64,000 nucleotides of DNA, from positions 39,682,001-39,746,000 of the forward strand of contig NC_087447.1 of the NCBI RefSeq assembly GCF_036321535.1, written 5' to 3'. Source of the stretch: Camelus dromedarius (taxonomy: Eukaryota). This document shows, in pieces, positions 36,520 to 50,539 of this stretch. Each line of letters starts with the position of its first letter. Within the stretch, counting starts at the first letter, position 1. Made by a program: the position numbers and the translations under genes. Below the pieces are notes generated by a model, which made no database searches, was not told the DNA's origin, and was given only the letters and a program-made list of their open reading frames with translations.

Positions 36520-36740
36520 TACCTAGATTCCACCATTAACACTGAAGGAGACCAAATTCATCATTCATCACCTTGTGCTCCCATAGACTACCTATCATAG
36601 AATTCAGTTTACGTTGGTTTATTATCGCTCCCCACACCCACACCCCAATGTCCCTCAGAGCAGGAACTGCTCCCATCACCACAGTATCCCCTGTGCCAGC
36701 ACAGTACCTGGCATAATAAAATATTCAAAGAAAAGAAGAA
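36520..36740 (+). mobile_element. L2 3' end
   Basis: gtatcccctgtgccagcacagtacctggcataata. Confidence 0.6.
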
Positions 36741-37327
36741 TGAGCCAACAGCCAAATGGCACAGACATTTTTCAATAACGTGACTGAACCTATCACTCAA
36801 GCTTTCCATGAGAAGGGGCAGACTTCCTGTTCCTCACCCTGACCCTGGCCAAGATTTTAATGACCAATAAGAGCCCCAGAGGAAATCACCAAATCAGGAA
36901 GATGTGAGAGGACAGACTTATGCCAGGCACAGCTTGTATAACCAAGAGCTGGCTGTCTGATCCAATTTCTTATTTATTAATCATGATTACTGACAACCAA
37001 GAGTCTTTCTATGTTAAAGAACCAAATGTAATTGGGTCTTCTTCTACCGCACACAATCCTTATTTGAGTGGGACGGTAATATTTGAGATGTAGTATTTTA
37101 CCTTCTCTCCTTCTCTTTTCACTTGGCCACTGGAGAAGATGAGAACCAGAAGGTGACAGCTGTAAGAAAAGCTATAAAGGAGGCAAAGTAGCAAAGGTGT
37201 AGAGACTGGAAGCCAAAGAGGTGGCCAAGGAAGAAATTTGACAAGGCTAAAAAATGGTAGCAAAGCAAATTTGAGTGAATTACTGAATGAAAAAGGCAAC
37301 ATATAGGGAGTGGCACAGAGAGGAAAG

Positions 37328-37332
<5 letters not shown>

Positions 37333-37374
<42 letters not shown>
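37333..37374 (+). repeat. (AC)21 microsatellite
   Basis: Counted directly. Confidence 0.97.
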
Positions 37375-37381
<7 letters not shown>

Positions 37382-37684
37382 CATATATATAAGTAAGAGT
37401 TCAGGGGAATGCGGAAAGAGGTGATGGGTTTAAAAAAAGAAAATCACATAGTTGGAATGGTATTTGTCGTAGACAACTCAACCAAGTATTTGATGGCTTG
37501 AAGGTCACTGTGATCTTAGTGAATGCCCACATTTTTCTCAAAAGAGAAAAGCTACTCTTCAATAAAAAGATTAGGGGAAAAAGGTGCTTTACTTCCAAAA
37601 AGAACTGGTACTGCAAATCCAAATTCAGCCTTCTCCCACTGAACCAGGTTTCAAGCCCAACTCTGGAAGCTTTCACCTGCAGGG

Positions 37685-38060
37685 TCTTATTTAATAACTG
37701 CACTACCCTCCCTGGGTATTATTTCCACCTGATGAGGTCCAGAGGCTTAAATAAGTTGACCAAAGTCATATATCATTAACAGAGACCCTGCTCCAGATAG
37801 AATGTAAATTCCATGGAACAATCAGCCTCGAACTACACTCTCGCTAGACTGAGCTGGAGGCTGGGTTTCTAAGGGAGAGAATGTAAATAGGGCTGAGTTC
37901 TCAGCTCTGTCCATGACTGACACCATCAAGCTCCATCTAATTAATTCCTAATGAATAGTGATGATACTGACTCACCTCCTTGGGTACTTGGGAGGAATGC
38001 CATGTATTAAAGATGGTTAATCACCTTTGCATATGTAAATGGGGCAAGTTATTATTTTCC
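37685..38060. mobile_element. Two degenerate MIR fragments (minus 37685-37800, plus 37890-38060)
   Basis: ctgatgaggtccagaggcttaaataagttgaccaaagtcata; gagttctcagctctgtcc...actcacctcct. Confidence 0.5.
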
Positions 38061-39142
38061 TACCATTTCAGACACTAGCCCAACTTGCTAACAAGTGGCC
38101 TGAGAAACACAGGTGAGGGTGGTCAGTCTGGAGTCTGAAGGCAGCCTCCAGAGAGACGGAACTGCAGAGTGTAAAGTCATTTCAGAGAGAAAGCAGAACT
38201 TTCAGGGAACGCTAACACTGAGAACTGAGGCCACATCTGTGTATAGCCAGTAGCAGCCGGTGAGCCTCAGTGTCACACACTCCAGTTGCCAATAGGTTCC
38301 CTCTAATTTCAGAAGGAAGGAGCAGATAATTACTCCTTCTCATTTTCAAAAAATCACTTCGATATCAACAGGATCCATCAACAAGCCAATACCTCTTCAG
38401 CAAGACCCTGATGCTGAGCACCCCATCAGAGGACTTAGCATTACCCTCCTGAGATTCCCTGATTAATTCTCCGCTCCATCGGCCCTAAGTACTTGCCCAG
38501 GTCACAGCTCAAGAAAGGCTCTGATTGATTTCATGCTATGCAGTTCTGTATTACCAGCCTTGATGGGAATCACCTTCCCCATCCCCTTAATGACTCTGTT
38601 AGCCACTGAGAACAGAAATTCCTGCCTCTTCCTTTCCCCTTCACCACCACTGGGCAAGCTAATCACTGCTCTCCTTCAACAGCAGGCTCCTTCAAAAAGA
38701 CAAGGCCATGCACTCAGGTCCAGGCAGCCTCTGCCATCTGACCATTCCAAGTAAAGGCTTGTATCCAGACAGCGCACCTACGAGGTGAGCGTGAGCTGGA
38801 TGACACGGCTCACAGCCTAAGTCACAGACCCCTGGAAGGTGGGCTATTTAACTTTAGGAAACACATTTCAAAGCCAGAAACAGAAGCTTCTCTAATGCTC
38901 TAAGAGGGGGTGGGGAACATGTCACAAGAGTTAGCAGTAGCTGTCACCAAGCATTTTAAAAGGAAAGTGTACAAGCCCTTTCCCAGGAGCAACAGTCAAA
39001 GAAAACCCCGCAAACTAACTCAATTCCGACAGACCTGAAGAGGGAACATACATTTAGGGTAGACTCACCAATCCTCATGTTTACTAAAAACAAAGAAAAC
39101 AAAAAACAGGAAACTAAAACTCTTTACTCACTAAGTTATGGG

Positions 39143-39188
39143 TAACGTGACTTCCTTAGTTCGTATAACGTGACTTCCTTAGTTCGTA
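39143..39188 (+). repeat. Perfect 23-bp tandem duplication
   Basis: taacgtgacttccttagttcgta x2 (39143-39165, 39166-39188). Confidence 0.97.
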
Positions 39189-40864
39189 AGATTCACCATC
39201 AGACTAGCAGATACCTCAGCATTTTAAGTGATAATGAGTACAAACTGCAAATCAAAAGTAGATAGTTCACATTTTAAAAGAGATCAACACACCAGATAAA
39301 TACATACGCTGTGTTCAGTCAAACCCTAAGACAAGCATTTCAGAAGGGTCCATCTCAGCCTCAGGCCAGAGGGAATGCCTACAAATGGGCCTCATGCAAA
39401 CAAGGTGCTGGTCCCTGGGTGGCAAGTCTATAGGTCATGCCTGGGGTGTCACCCTTCTTATGAAAGCTGATGGAGACTCATTCAATGTTTCCCAGTCCAT
39501 TGCCAGCCAGTTTAATGATATGTTGGCTCTGGACGGACTCTGAGCCCCAGCCGCTGACCTGCCCAGATGCAGCTCCTTCGGCTATTAGGAATCCTAACTC
39601 TGCGGCATCGGGAGTGGCCCTCCCCACCCTACATAGAGACATGGTCCTGGGCCGCCTTTTCCAGCTTCTGTGACTTAGGATGCCTCTCCCATTCTGGTCG
39701 TGGATTACCACAGCATACTGAGGGACCGAAGCAACAGGTGGGTGCACAGTTCCCTTCTGACTGGATCATAAGCCAATCAAGAAGGAAAACTGAAAGAAGA
39801 TGGCATTTGAAAGCGCAGAACTGTCAAGTCCAAGCTCTGCTCTGGTTCTCTGACTAGGTACCCTGGCGTTCAAATGCTCCTGAAAGAGCCCACGATCCAC
39901 GTAGACACCACCAGCGCCAGATCAGAGGATGCAAAATCTAGGATACAACGTGCCCAGAAGGAAAAGACTCCTCTTTGCTGCCAACTTAGGGCGACCCAGA
40001 ACACAATGCATGCAACTAATTTTGTCCCTTTCCATCCTCTCAACTGTCACAAATCAGTATATCACATTTTTGTGTGGGCATTGATCTGCTCTATCTTATT
40101 TTAAATACCCACTTCTAATGGGTCTGACCGTCGAGATCCTGATCACATACCATACAGAATTATCTTTTGAGTCTCAACACATGATCGTAAAACTCCTTGG
40201 GAGGAGAAATAGAACTTGTGTGACCTCTAGGACAGAGGGCAGTGGCACATGGCATTAGGACACTGGATAAAAGAGGGACAAGATAAAACAGCAGGTAGAA
40301 CTAACCTGTTTATTCCAGAGTTATCTTAGAGAAGTGTATTCCAGGAGCTCTAAATAAACTGCTCTTATTGAACTATGCTTTTATGTGATTCCATGAGCAT
40401 ACTCAGAAATGTCCCATGAATTGTCACTGTATGTACTCCAAGAGGTTAAGTTTGTCCCTCATCACATCACACAGATTGCTCTTTACAAAGGTCCCAAAGG
40501 GAAGTTTAATAACCAACAAAACACCACGTGCTTTTCACCTTGTGTTCACCCAATTAGGCTTACTCGCTGCCAGAGCACTGGGCCCCACTGGCAGGCCCCT
40601 CAGAGAAAGCATGGGGGTTATGTAGTTGTCAAGTCTGGTTTCACTGCCAAATCCACGTTAGGTCCCTACCTCAATCCCCTTCTTTTTCTTCCGTCTTTTC
40701 CCCACTTTTTAATTTATGCTCTTTTATAGCCTTGTAAGCTGCCTTAAATTCATTGAAACAAAACAGGGAAGAATCATGAAGGGAAATGATTTCTGTTTGC
40801 CTTTTGTTATCTGTTTCAATTTAATATGGTAAAAGATTTATTAACCACCCCCAATATCTTCCCA

Positions 40865-41520
40865 CCCATGTGCCAGGCACTGAAGATGGAAATAAACATT
40901 CTCCCCTCCATGCCCTCAAGGAGCCCCCTTCCAGCAGGGAGACAGATAAGCAGGTTAATTTTCCATCAAGACGTCAAGTCCCTTGCCGGGAAGCCTGCCC
41001 TCCCCTGGCCCACACCCTCCCCATGTTCCTGCAGGGAGCACCTTCGGTCCCCAGGACAAATAAACCCCCCTCACTCGCTGCAAAGGAATGATATGTCTGT
41101 GTGGCCATCAACCTTGTGGGTTTGTGAGATCTTTAAGGCTTAGATCCACACCTTTAGTCAATTTCCTATTCTTGGCATTTAACGAAGGTCTGGCACACAG
41201 TCAATGCTCCCTCACAATAATGACCAAAAGGAATGAGCCCATGGATGAGGGAAAAAATGAATGGACAAGTGTATGAATATAAAATGTCGAAAGAGGGATA
41301 AACCAAGTGCTGCTGGGGCACAGAAACAGGAGCTGACACTGTTTCTCGGGTCAACAAGGGCCTCATGGGAGGTGAAGCTTAGGCTAGTTGTTAAGTCTGT
41401 GTAGGACTTGCTGGGCTGATTACGAGAAAACACAAGGAGGCCTGTGCAGGGAAGGGTATCTGTGGAGGGGATTTGGTGAAGAAGGGACAAAGAAAGAAAA
41501 CAGAAAGGTTGGAGCAGCAG
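40865..41520. mobile_element. Cluster of L2 3' fragments in both orientations
   Basis: atgtgccaggcactgaagat...tgccctcaaggagc (minus); ggtctggcacacagtcaatgctc...aatgaatg (plus); aagtgctgctggggcacaga (minus). Confidence 0.6.
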
Positions 41521-43599
41521 CTAAAACAGTAAGCTGAGCTAGATCACAAGGGGCCACACACACAGGGACAAACAGTTTGAACTGTTTCACACAAAGGAGG
41601 CAAGGAAGACCTGCAACGCCAGGAGTGTGTAAGCAACTCCTACAGGGGTGTGGGAATGTGTGTGTATTTGGGGGGACAGGCAATTTTATAAATCTGGAAT
41701 CTGAATTTTTTTTTTTTAATCTAAAGCATTTTCAGTGTGGTCCAAGGCCAAAAGAGTTCTCTAGAAAAATTCAAGTGTTACAATGTGGCATACCCCTTAA
41801 GCATTCCAAATTTATAAAGGCGTTTTAATGCACCAAAGACAGTGACAGTTTATCCAGGTGAGCTTGTTTAAACAGCCCAGAGCCACAGGATTAACTCTGC
41901 TTGATGCCCAGTCACTCAGCTCTTCCAGTAAACCCTCTCAGACTTGGTCTCGGAGCACTCCACGTATTTCCCTGGTCCCTAAAGATAGCTATGTGCTGAC
42001 AGGGCGGTCCTCCTGAACCCAGCATGGGGACTAGACAGTGATGCTCACACAGTGACACCCCGGTCTTTGAATGACCAACATGCAAATGCCAGCTAATCCC
42101 AACGTGAGCAAGTGCATTAACAAACCAAAACACACAACACTGCTTGTTCACAAATGTCCACCGATGCCCAGTGTCACTGATACCACTGGGTCCCCACCCT
42201 TCCGGTGAGAAACACATCTGCCATTTAATGATGACACAGGGACGGAGCAGCTGCAAAACAGGTCTTACACTGAGAGGGACGAAAAGTCAGGGGCCAATTA
42301 AAGCCTCACCCTCGCCCCCATCCCTGTCCTCCAAACTGATACCTGGTCCTTGGTTTATACCCAATGGAACTTCAACAGGAGAATGAAATCATGGCACTTG
42401 GGCTGGAAATTGGCTGAGGCAGAGTAAGTGAGTATATTCCTCCTTAGACAATGCACCAGGCATTCAAATTAACGAATATTACTTGAGCACCTACTGTATG
42501 CACAACAGACAACCCTAAGGAGTCCACCAGCACTACAGGGCACACAACGGAGCAAGACCCCCCAGGCAAAGAGGCATGGACAGAAAGGCTGAAAACACTC
42601 AGTTCTGAAATCTGGCTTCACTGCCGCCCGGCCCAAGGTGCTCTGAGGGAGATCTGACCCTGACCATGAGACCCACCACCGGACTCCTCCCTCCTCACCC
42701 CCCAGCCCCTACCCTACCTCCCAGCAAATGAATCCGCTGTATCAAGTGAAAAGGCAAAAGGCAGCAACTTGATTCAACCAGTACTTCTGCAGCTTCCCAG
42801 CACACACACAGATAAGGAGTCTCTTTTGAAAAATTTAATAAAGGTGAGGGATAGGTACTTCTTCCCAGGACCTCTCCCTCCTAGAATTCTGCTAACCCTG
42901 GTAGAAGAACAGGAACTTCTCTCTCTAATCAAAATGCAACCCATGTCCAATTACACCTACGAAATGCCACCAAAGCCCTCCCTCTCTCGGACAGTCAGCG
43001 TTGATTCCCTCTCAGTCCAACTTACTATAGATGACTCTACTTACAGGATGAGACTTGAGAGACCACAGGCCCAAAAGCAAAAGCAAATGAACCCAAACCC
43101 TCACACAGACCTGGCATAGTGGGCAATGACACCTTCAAAGTCACTTCTCTATATGAAGGATCTGTCTCTAAAAGCACCCAAGAACATCCAAAAAGGGTTT
43201 TTCAGGCCCTGGGTGAGGGAACCCAATCTCTCAGACCCCTCTGAGAGTTTCTTCTACTCAGAGAACCTGGCTGAATCAGCACCGAAGGGAGGGCCATCAT
43301 CTCAGGCTTCTCCCAACCCTTCCAATGCAACAAGTCACCAAAAACGTCCACTCAGCCCCTCCTCTCCACCTGCACTAACTTTGCTCCTGTTTCACAGGCA
43401 GGATCTCATCTTCTCTTTGACCTGGGCTGTCCCTTACGGCCCAACACCACCACCGCTACCAACAACCTGTTGCTGCCAGGTCTCAATCCTGGATGTACAT
43501 CGAGATGACACAGGTGGCTCCTTAATCAGCTCTGCTGCCAGAAGTATTGAATTAGAATCCCCTGGGGATGTTATTTTAGCTAGCCTCTCCTGCACCATT

Positions 43600-44470
43600 C
43601 TTCAGCCAGAGAAGTTTTCCTAAAATACAAATATAACTTTAATCATACACTCATTTTAAACCTTACTGCAGATGCCCATGCCCTCTAGAACCCAACTACA
43701 TAATAGGGCACCCACAGCCTTAACCACTCGCTCCCAGCCTGCTTCTCAGGCACCTGTGCAGTCCCCTTCAATCCAGCCAGGGATCACTCTAAGGTGTCCA
43801 GACACAGCAGGCTGCCTGCTTCACCCCCTCAGCCACCTGGGTCCTTCTGCTCAGATGCCTCTCTCACCAGTAACTCCATCTAATGAATGTCTACTGGTCC
43901 TTTCAAGACCACGGCCAGCAACTTCTCCTCTGGGAAGTTTGGGCAGATTTCCCCACTAGCAGAAGTCACTTCTGCGTCCTCATAGCATTGCAAACAAACT
44001 TCCAACACCATACTTGGTTCGCTACACTGTAATTTCTCTTAAGAAACTATCTCCCAACTAATCACTAAGTTCCTTGGCATTTGAACTCTCCACCCATTAG
44101 CTGTATCCCCGGGTGTTTGTGAGTGTGCGTATGTATGCACGCAAAATGGGAATTAACATGACCCACCTGCTGTAAAGACTGAATGAGACGTTATGTAAAG
44201 TACAGGTGCTCAATCACCGGTGGCAACCACTGTGCACATCACTAACCTGCATGCTTACAGGTCAGTGGGTATGTGCACACACAACTTAGAACTGTGCCCG
44301 ACACACTGCAGGTTCTCAAATAATTGTTGAATGAATGTAGACAGCTATAATTAATAATTAATGCGTATGTATCTGCCATTCCTACTACACTGCAGATCCG
44401 CAGAAGGCAGGGACCGTGTCCCATTCATTTCTGCACCTCATCCCCCCAACTCGATAAATAATTGTTCCAT
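43600..44470 (+). mobile_element. L2 fragments with an interspersed MIR piece
   Basis: ttcagccagagaagttttcctaaaatacaaat; agaactgtgcccgacacactgcaggttctcaaataattgttgaatgaatg; gaaggcagggaccgtgtc. Confidence 0.65.
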
Positions 44471-46939
44471 TTAGTGTAACATAAAATGTTAATACAATCT
44501 CTGTGACTATTGAGAAATCCATCCTCATCTAAGAAATCACAAAGACAGCCTCAGGCAACCTCCAGACCAGAACCACAGAAAGAAATAAAATACTCAGTAG
44601 GTTCGAAGCCTTCCTCCAGTCTCCAAAAACCCAGACTAGTTGCCTCTGCCGGCCCCCCGCCTCAAGGCAGGGCCTGCCGCCTAACTGATGACACGCACCC
44701 CTCCTCCCCAGTCTGAGGCGCCCCAGCCCTGCTGCAGCAGCTGCTCCACCTGGGAGCGGAGGGGGAGCCCGCCCTTTCAGCTCACAGCCAGTTCACCCCC
44801 AGGGGCCTGGGGGCTGCAGTCACCGGCCAAAGTGTCAGGTTACCACAAAAATAACAGCGAGCCTACACCAGGCAGGCGTGCAGGCCAAGTGCAGGAGGGA
44901 AGAGGTGAGAAAGAGAAAACCAGGAGGAAAAAAGCAGACATTTGAGTTTGAGTCAAAGAGGAACTGGGTTTTACAAAATGTACTTTAAATTCATAAGCAC
45001 ACCCTTAACATCACCACTTACAGCCCCTGCAATAACTCATTCATTTAGCATCCAATCCAGAGTAGCTTATATTTATATTATACTTAACTACTTTGAATGT
45101 GCTTTTAAAAACATTATTTTAAGGCAAGAGAGGGATGGTTTTTTTTTTTTTAAGTTTGCTTATTTAATACTATTTATAAAAGTCAGATTTGGGTCAATGA
45201 AGATTTCAACAAGTATTCCCATTCAACCAACTCCTGATATTACTCAGCCTTCATTTCCTCAAAACTAAATCCAAACATGACAGAGCTACTTAGGTCTAGT
45301 GAAGAAGGGACAGGACTTCAAGAGAGAAAAGGCCAATAAAAAGTATTTATGCATTTTTTTTTTCCTAAAATAAAATCACAGTTCACTCCCGTGCTACCCT
45401 CGTGCACGAACACTGCTGGCTTGATGTGGTCTGACCCAGCCTGGGTACTTCAGACAAAGTTAACTTCAATCACTGCAGGGAGTTAGCAGGTTATTGAATC
45501 TCCATCCACTGTGCTTTCATCTTGATTCACTTCACACACTACACTTCTTCAATTGGCTCCTCGCAACTGTTTCATAAGAGGGTGGGTAGAGACCCAGCCA
45601 CAAAGAAAGATGCCCTTCTTCCGCTGGGCAGGTAAACCCCAGGCCAGGCAGTGTACTACCGGATGGGTGAAGGTTCCCATTGTAATCTCTTACGTGTGAG
45701 AGCCGCGGTGAATGCCCTGGCAGGAGACGATGCTAACTCTAAGAGGCACGTAAGATTCCCAGTCTGAAGGTGTTGAAAGGGAGGAAGATTAAAAAAAAAA
45801 AAAAATCCAAACAGAAAAGAAAAAAGAGATTCTCTATGTTTTTATTTTTTAAAAATTTAAAAACTAATTTTGATGGGGAAAGGTACCTCAATGTCACATT
45901 ATTCCGTAGTTACTGATTTATGTTTCATGCTAAAATATCAAGGTTAGAAGTACTAGATGGTACAGCAGCATTGTAAGTGGGACTCTATAGCAAATGCTTA
46001 AAAAGGGGGCTGGGGGACTTTAAAATGACAATCTTAGTGGCAGCCAACAGCAGCTGACAGACATGCAGACTAGCAGATTGTCTGTTTCATTTTTTTTAAC
46101 TTTTAAGAAATAGCTCTCTCCCACTCAAATCAATAGAAACTTCAGAGAAGGAACCTAATACGAGCAGAGTTTGACCTCTATAAATTAAGAACGTCATATA
46201 AGCAGTGAAATGCTGGACAGTTTCATTCTGCTTTAAAACCAGTCAGTCTAATGCCCAGAAGAAAGCCTCTCATGCCCCTCGCCCCTCCGCGTGCGGTCAA
46301 GATTCACACAGCTCATGCAGGACATATCACACCGTGCAGTTATCAACCAGCATGGCCACTGCTAGAAGATCTTTAATCATCCTGATTTGTTTTTTTTTTT
46401 ACCATAAAAGCTCTCATTATTATCCCAGCTCTCTTTGCTTGTTCAGCGTGCCTGGTCACTTACAGGAGGATGAGAAAAACCCAGGGACGCGGCTCATCTT
46501 TCCCCAGCCGTGTCTCCCAGGGAGCGTTTGTGTCCCTGCAGCACATTGCCACGCCACCCCACTGGCCGGCACGCCAGGTTTAAAATTAGCCGAGCCCTGG
46601 AGAGCCACGGGTAACCTTCTGACAAGGTTAGCTAGCAGAGCAGAGCACAGCTCAGCGAGGGACATTAATAAGAAGCCAAGGAGAGCTTTTCAACAAGTCC
46701 ATTAGGGTCTCTCGGAACCCTTGCAAGTCTTGGATGCTGGGGGAGCTGGGGCACCAGCATCAAGAAGCTGACCCGGGCTCGTATTTTAATCCCACCGAGT
46801 CAGCAGCTTCCTTTATAGGCGACAACACAACCTCCAAAAGTGTTTCTCCAAGTTTAAATTCAACATACTCGGCCGCTGATAATAGTATAATTTTTAAATC
46901 TGGACTTCAGAAATATAACGTTTATGGAACACTTCTAAT

Positions 46940-47480
46940 TATAGAGTGAATACCCAGAGACAACCAAAAAAGTGGAACATACAGAAACATACACAGGAGA
47001 AAATGAACTTTACCCACAAGCCTCCACCAAACACTGACAATAGTCACTGCTAACAATGCATTCTGATGTATTTTCTTACCCTAGTAGCATTATTATTATT
47101 GCTGTTGTTACTATTATTCTGTCTAGTTTGGGGTTCTTTTACTGTCCACGTAACATTCTGCATTCAGCATCCCTGGGATCCTGAAATCTTTGCATTTGTG
47201 AAGTTTAAGAGGTATAGTATTCCATGTCATATATTATGACTTGACTATTTCCTCAAGGTTGGACATTTAGAGTTTCCCCGACTTGTCATGTATGGTAAAC
47301 ATCCTTGTAGTGATTTCCTACATACAGAAGCCGAGTCCAGGGGCAGGAATAACTTGAAGGCACTGGTGCATACAGAGGACCTTGTGAAGACGGGGACTGT
47401 GCCCATCACATTAGTTTTCTGAATAAAGGAACATGTCTCAGAGCTTTCCAAATAGACAACCCATATTCTAATGTGACACT
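46940..47480 (-). mobile_element. Old L1ME-like fragment
   Basis: tagtattccatg...ggttggacatttagagtttcc...aaacatccttgta. Confidence 0.55.
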
Positions 47481-48734
47481 TGCCAAGCACCTACCAAGAG
47501 ATCCTCAGGCCCAGCACCACACAAAGTCCCCTCAGTGCTGAGATAAAGAAGACAAGCAAGGAATCCATCTGACACCTCTGAACACCTGTCGAAGGCGATT
47601 CAGGTGCTGTCTGTGCCCCCATCACCGCCCCCGCCAGGACCTCACTGGTACAGCCATGCTGGTTGTTTAAAATACTGAAACACTTCCATGTGAGCTGGTA
47701 AAGAGTCAGTGGCCCAAGCCTGCTGAATGCCTGTCCCCTTAGCTCCCGCCCCTCCACCAGGGCCCCCTGACCCCGACCTCCTCACTAGCCATCTGGTAAT
47801 CCTCCTCACCAACCAGCAACTCAGAGACCATTGTTTAAAATCTTAATTATCAACACATCAGCACTGTTTCTTAACAAAGTCATCAAATTCCCTCCTATTT
47901 TATTTTTAAAACCAAAATGGACAATTAATAGGAAGCACTTACCAAAATGCCTACCACGGGGTGGCTCCTACTTAGTTATTCTCTACAAAGCACAGTGAGC
48001 TGGGTTAGACAAAGATAAAGGTCATACTCGTAAGAGTCCTGGACGTAATATTAAGCCAGTGATACTGGTTCCCCAAGGATAAAAGCTATCGGCTTAAATC
48101 ACATGAGACTTCGAGGAGATCGCAGATGATCAACTATAGCCTCAGGAAGCTAAAGCAAAAACGTGGAAATGCTAAAACCCAGGGATAAGAAGAGTCAGCA
48201 CAGCCCCCTGTGCCCAGAGCGCCCTGGTACTGGCTTACTTGGCAACACCTGGGGCTGGGAACACCGCTAGGGACGTGGAAGCAGGACCTCTACCTTAGAC
48301 CTCTCTCTGCTAAGCAACCATTTTCTGTGGAAGAGAACAGATAACCAGGAGGAGGAAGAGAGTTTGATTTCCTCTAAATGTTTCCATCCAACACCAGCCA
48401 GGAAAGGGAAGAAGGACACACGAGGCGTCTATAAAATCAGATTTTGAAAACCAAGCAAGTGTCAGCCTGGATGCATTCCAGCACTGCCCAGCCCAGCTGC
48501 CGGGATGGTGGCCCACACTGGAATCAGCTCAAAGACAATGCCCATCCATATCTCCACGATGGAAGAATATATCCCAAACTCCAAGTTACTATGGGAGCTA
48601 AAAGCTGAGCTGCAGCTCCTTGGCCAAATCAACACAACTCTAATCGACGGATATAAAATGGTTTTCGACTCATAAAATCAAACGTAATGGCAAAAGGTGA
48701 AGGAAATACCTTGTATTAGTACATGGAAATAATA

Positions 48735-48990
48735 TTCACAGCTAACTTTTTTTTTAACACTGTTGTGTGTGAGGGACAGGGGTCAGGACTCTATTTTTAT
48801 TATTTCTTTTAAAACTCATCACAACTATATTAGGTAGAGATATAATATTACTATATCCATTATTCAGATAATGAAAAAAATAAAGATGTGAAATGGTAAA
48901 TTTTATGCCCACTTGTCAAACAGAAATTCAAACCCAGATCTATCTCACTTTGAGCCCAAGTCTGTCTTTCTGAGGTAGTGAGCCTCCCAT
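48735..48990 (-). mobile_element. MIR
   Basis: ttaaaactcatcacaacta...tccattattcagataatgaaaa...agaaattcaaacccagatct. Confidence 0.65.
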
Positions 48991-50199
48991 CACTGCAGGT
49001 AATCAAGGACTAGTTGTAAGATCTCTTAACAGGAATGCTGCAGAAAGGACTGGAGTGGGGAAGAAGAGTATCAGAGAAGGTCCATTCCAACCCTTGATCT
49101 ATGACAGATGAAAACAAATTGTCTACTGCATGCTGGCTTTCTATTAGGTACCCACAGGGCATGAGGAGTAGGAGACCCTGGGAAAGAAGTGAGTGCACTT
49201 AGAGCCAAGATCATGGACAGCCGCTCTGTTCATCTGCTCAAGATAAAGGGCAGCTGAAAAGCAAGGCCAGTGGAGGGTCCACATTCTTGGCCACGGTGAC
49301 CCCAGCAGAGATGGCATGCAGTGAGCACTGGTGCTTCCTTCACCTCCAGAAGCGCAGCGGCAAGGATGACAGCCTCACCACCACAGGGCCGGGGAAAAGA
49401 GTTTCTGTCCTTGCACCTGAATTTTTTTTCAAAGCTAATATTTATGGTAAATTAACAATTAAAATTTGCATTGGAAAATATCAAGAACACAACCAGAAAA
49501 GGAAATGAACAGGCAAGTCATACGGGAGAAGGAGCATGTGACAAAACACACATCTCTAGTAGGAGGGGGAAACAACGGTAAATTCACGCGAGCTTCAGGT
49601 GTTACTCTTAAACCTCCTGATCAGCAAACCTAAAAAACAGCTTCTGTAGTGAACATGACCTGGGAACTATGCTAGTGGTGTTGGGGATGTGAGGATCCAA
49701 CAGCTATGCTCACTAGGAGCATCAAAAGGCTGAAATTCTTTGACCTAGTGATCCTAACCCGAGAAATATATGTATACGTGTATATACACAACTAATCACA
49801 ACTTTGGTTTTATGCACATCTCTACAGAAATAAAATAAGTGAAAATAAAAAGGCAATAGTTACTCTGTGAGGAGGATGACATTATCGGTTTTTGTTTAAC
49901 ACTTCTTCTCATGTTCTATTATTTTTGTAATTTTTAAGAAACGATTCCAATTTTTTCAAAAGGAAATTTAAGTAAACATCAAACACAAGCTGAAAAATTC
50001 AAACACCTGGATACAAAAAGGCTCAGAGGTCAGACATCTGTGGGTACCTGAATCCTCTTTATCATCAGGACCCACCCACCCAACCTCCAACTTCACGTCC
50101 AGTCACAACCTTCACACGCAGACACACGTGCACAGATGACAGCCTGCTTTAAGCAGATCTAAGGACTTAATGTTGCTCTAAACACTTCAGGAGCAATAA

Positions 50200-50448
50200 C
50201 AAAGAGCTAACACTTACACAGTATATATTCTGTGCCTGGCACTATTCTAAACACTTCGTATGTCAATGCATTTAACCCTCGTAACAACCCTATGAGAAAA
50301 GCACTACCATTATTCCCATTTAGAAACAAGGAAACTAAGACACAGAAAGAAAAAGTAAACTTCCCACATGGCTCAGATAGGTGGCAAAGCCAGGCTCTGA
50401 GCAGTCTGACTCCAGAGTCTAAACTGATAGCCACCCCACTGCACTGCC
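50200..50448 (-). mobile_element. MIR, near full length
   Basis: gctaacactta...tgtgcctggcactattctaaacactt...catttaaccctcgtaacaaccctatgag...aaggaaactaagacacaga...cagtctgactccagagtc. Confidence 0.92.
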
Positions 50449-50539
50449 TGTCTGTATAGACAGGGCTCCCAGCCACTGCTCAGCTGGTCTGAAAGGTCTT
50501 TCCTCCCCTGAGCCTCCTATAAAGCTGTCACACATACAC

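Noticed and set aside
37120..37260. Purine-rich stretch translating as HLATGEDENQKVTAVRKAIKEAK*, a possible pseudogene fragment
   Set aside because: Short, interrupted by stops, no recognisable parent protein, and no poly(A) or target-site duplication.
47560..47880. Possible hAT-type DNA transposon remnant (gctggttgtttaaaata motif)
   Set aside because: Too degenerate to assign a family or boundaries by eye.
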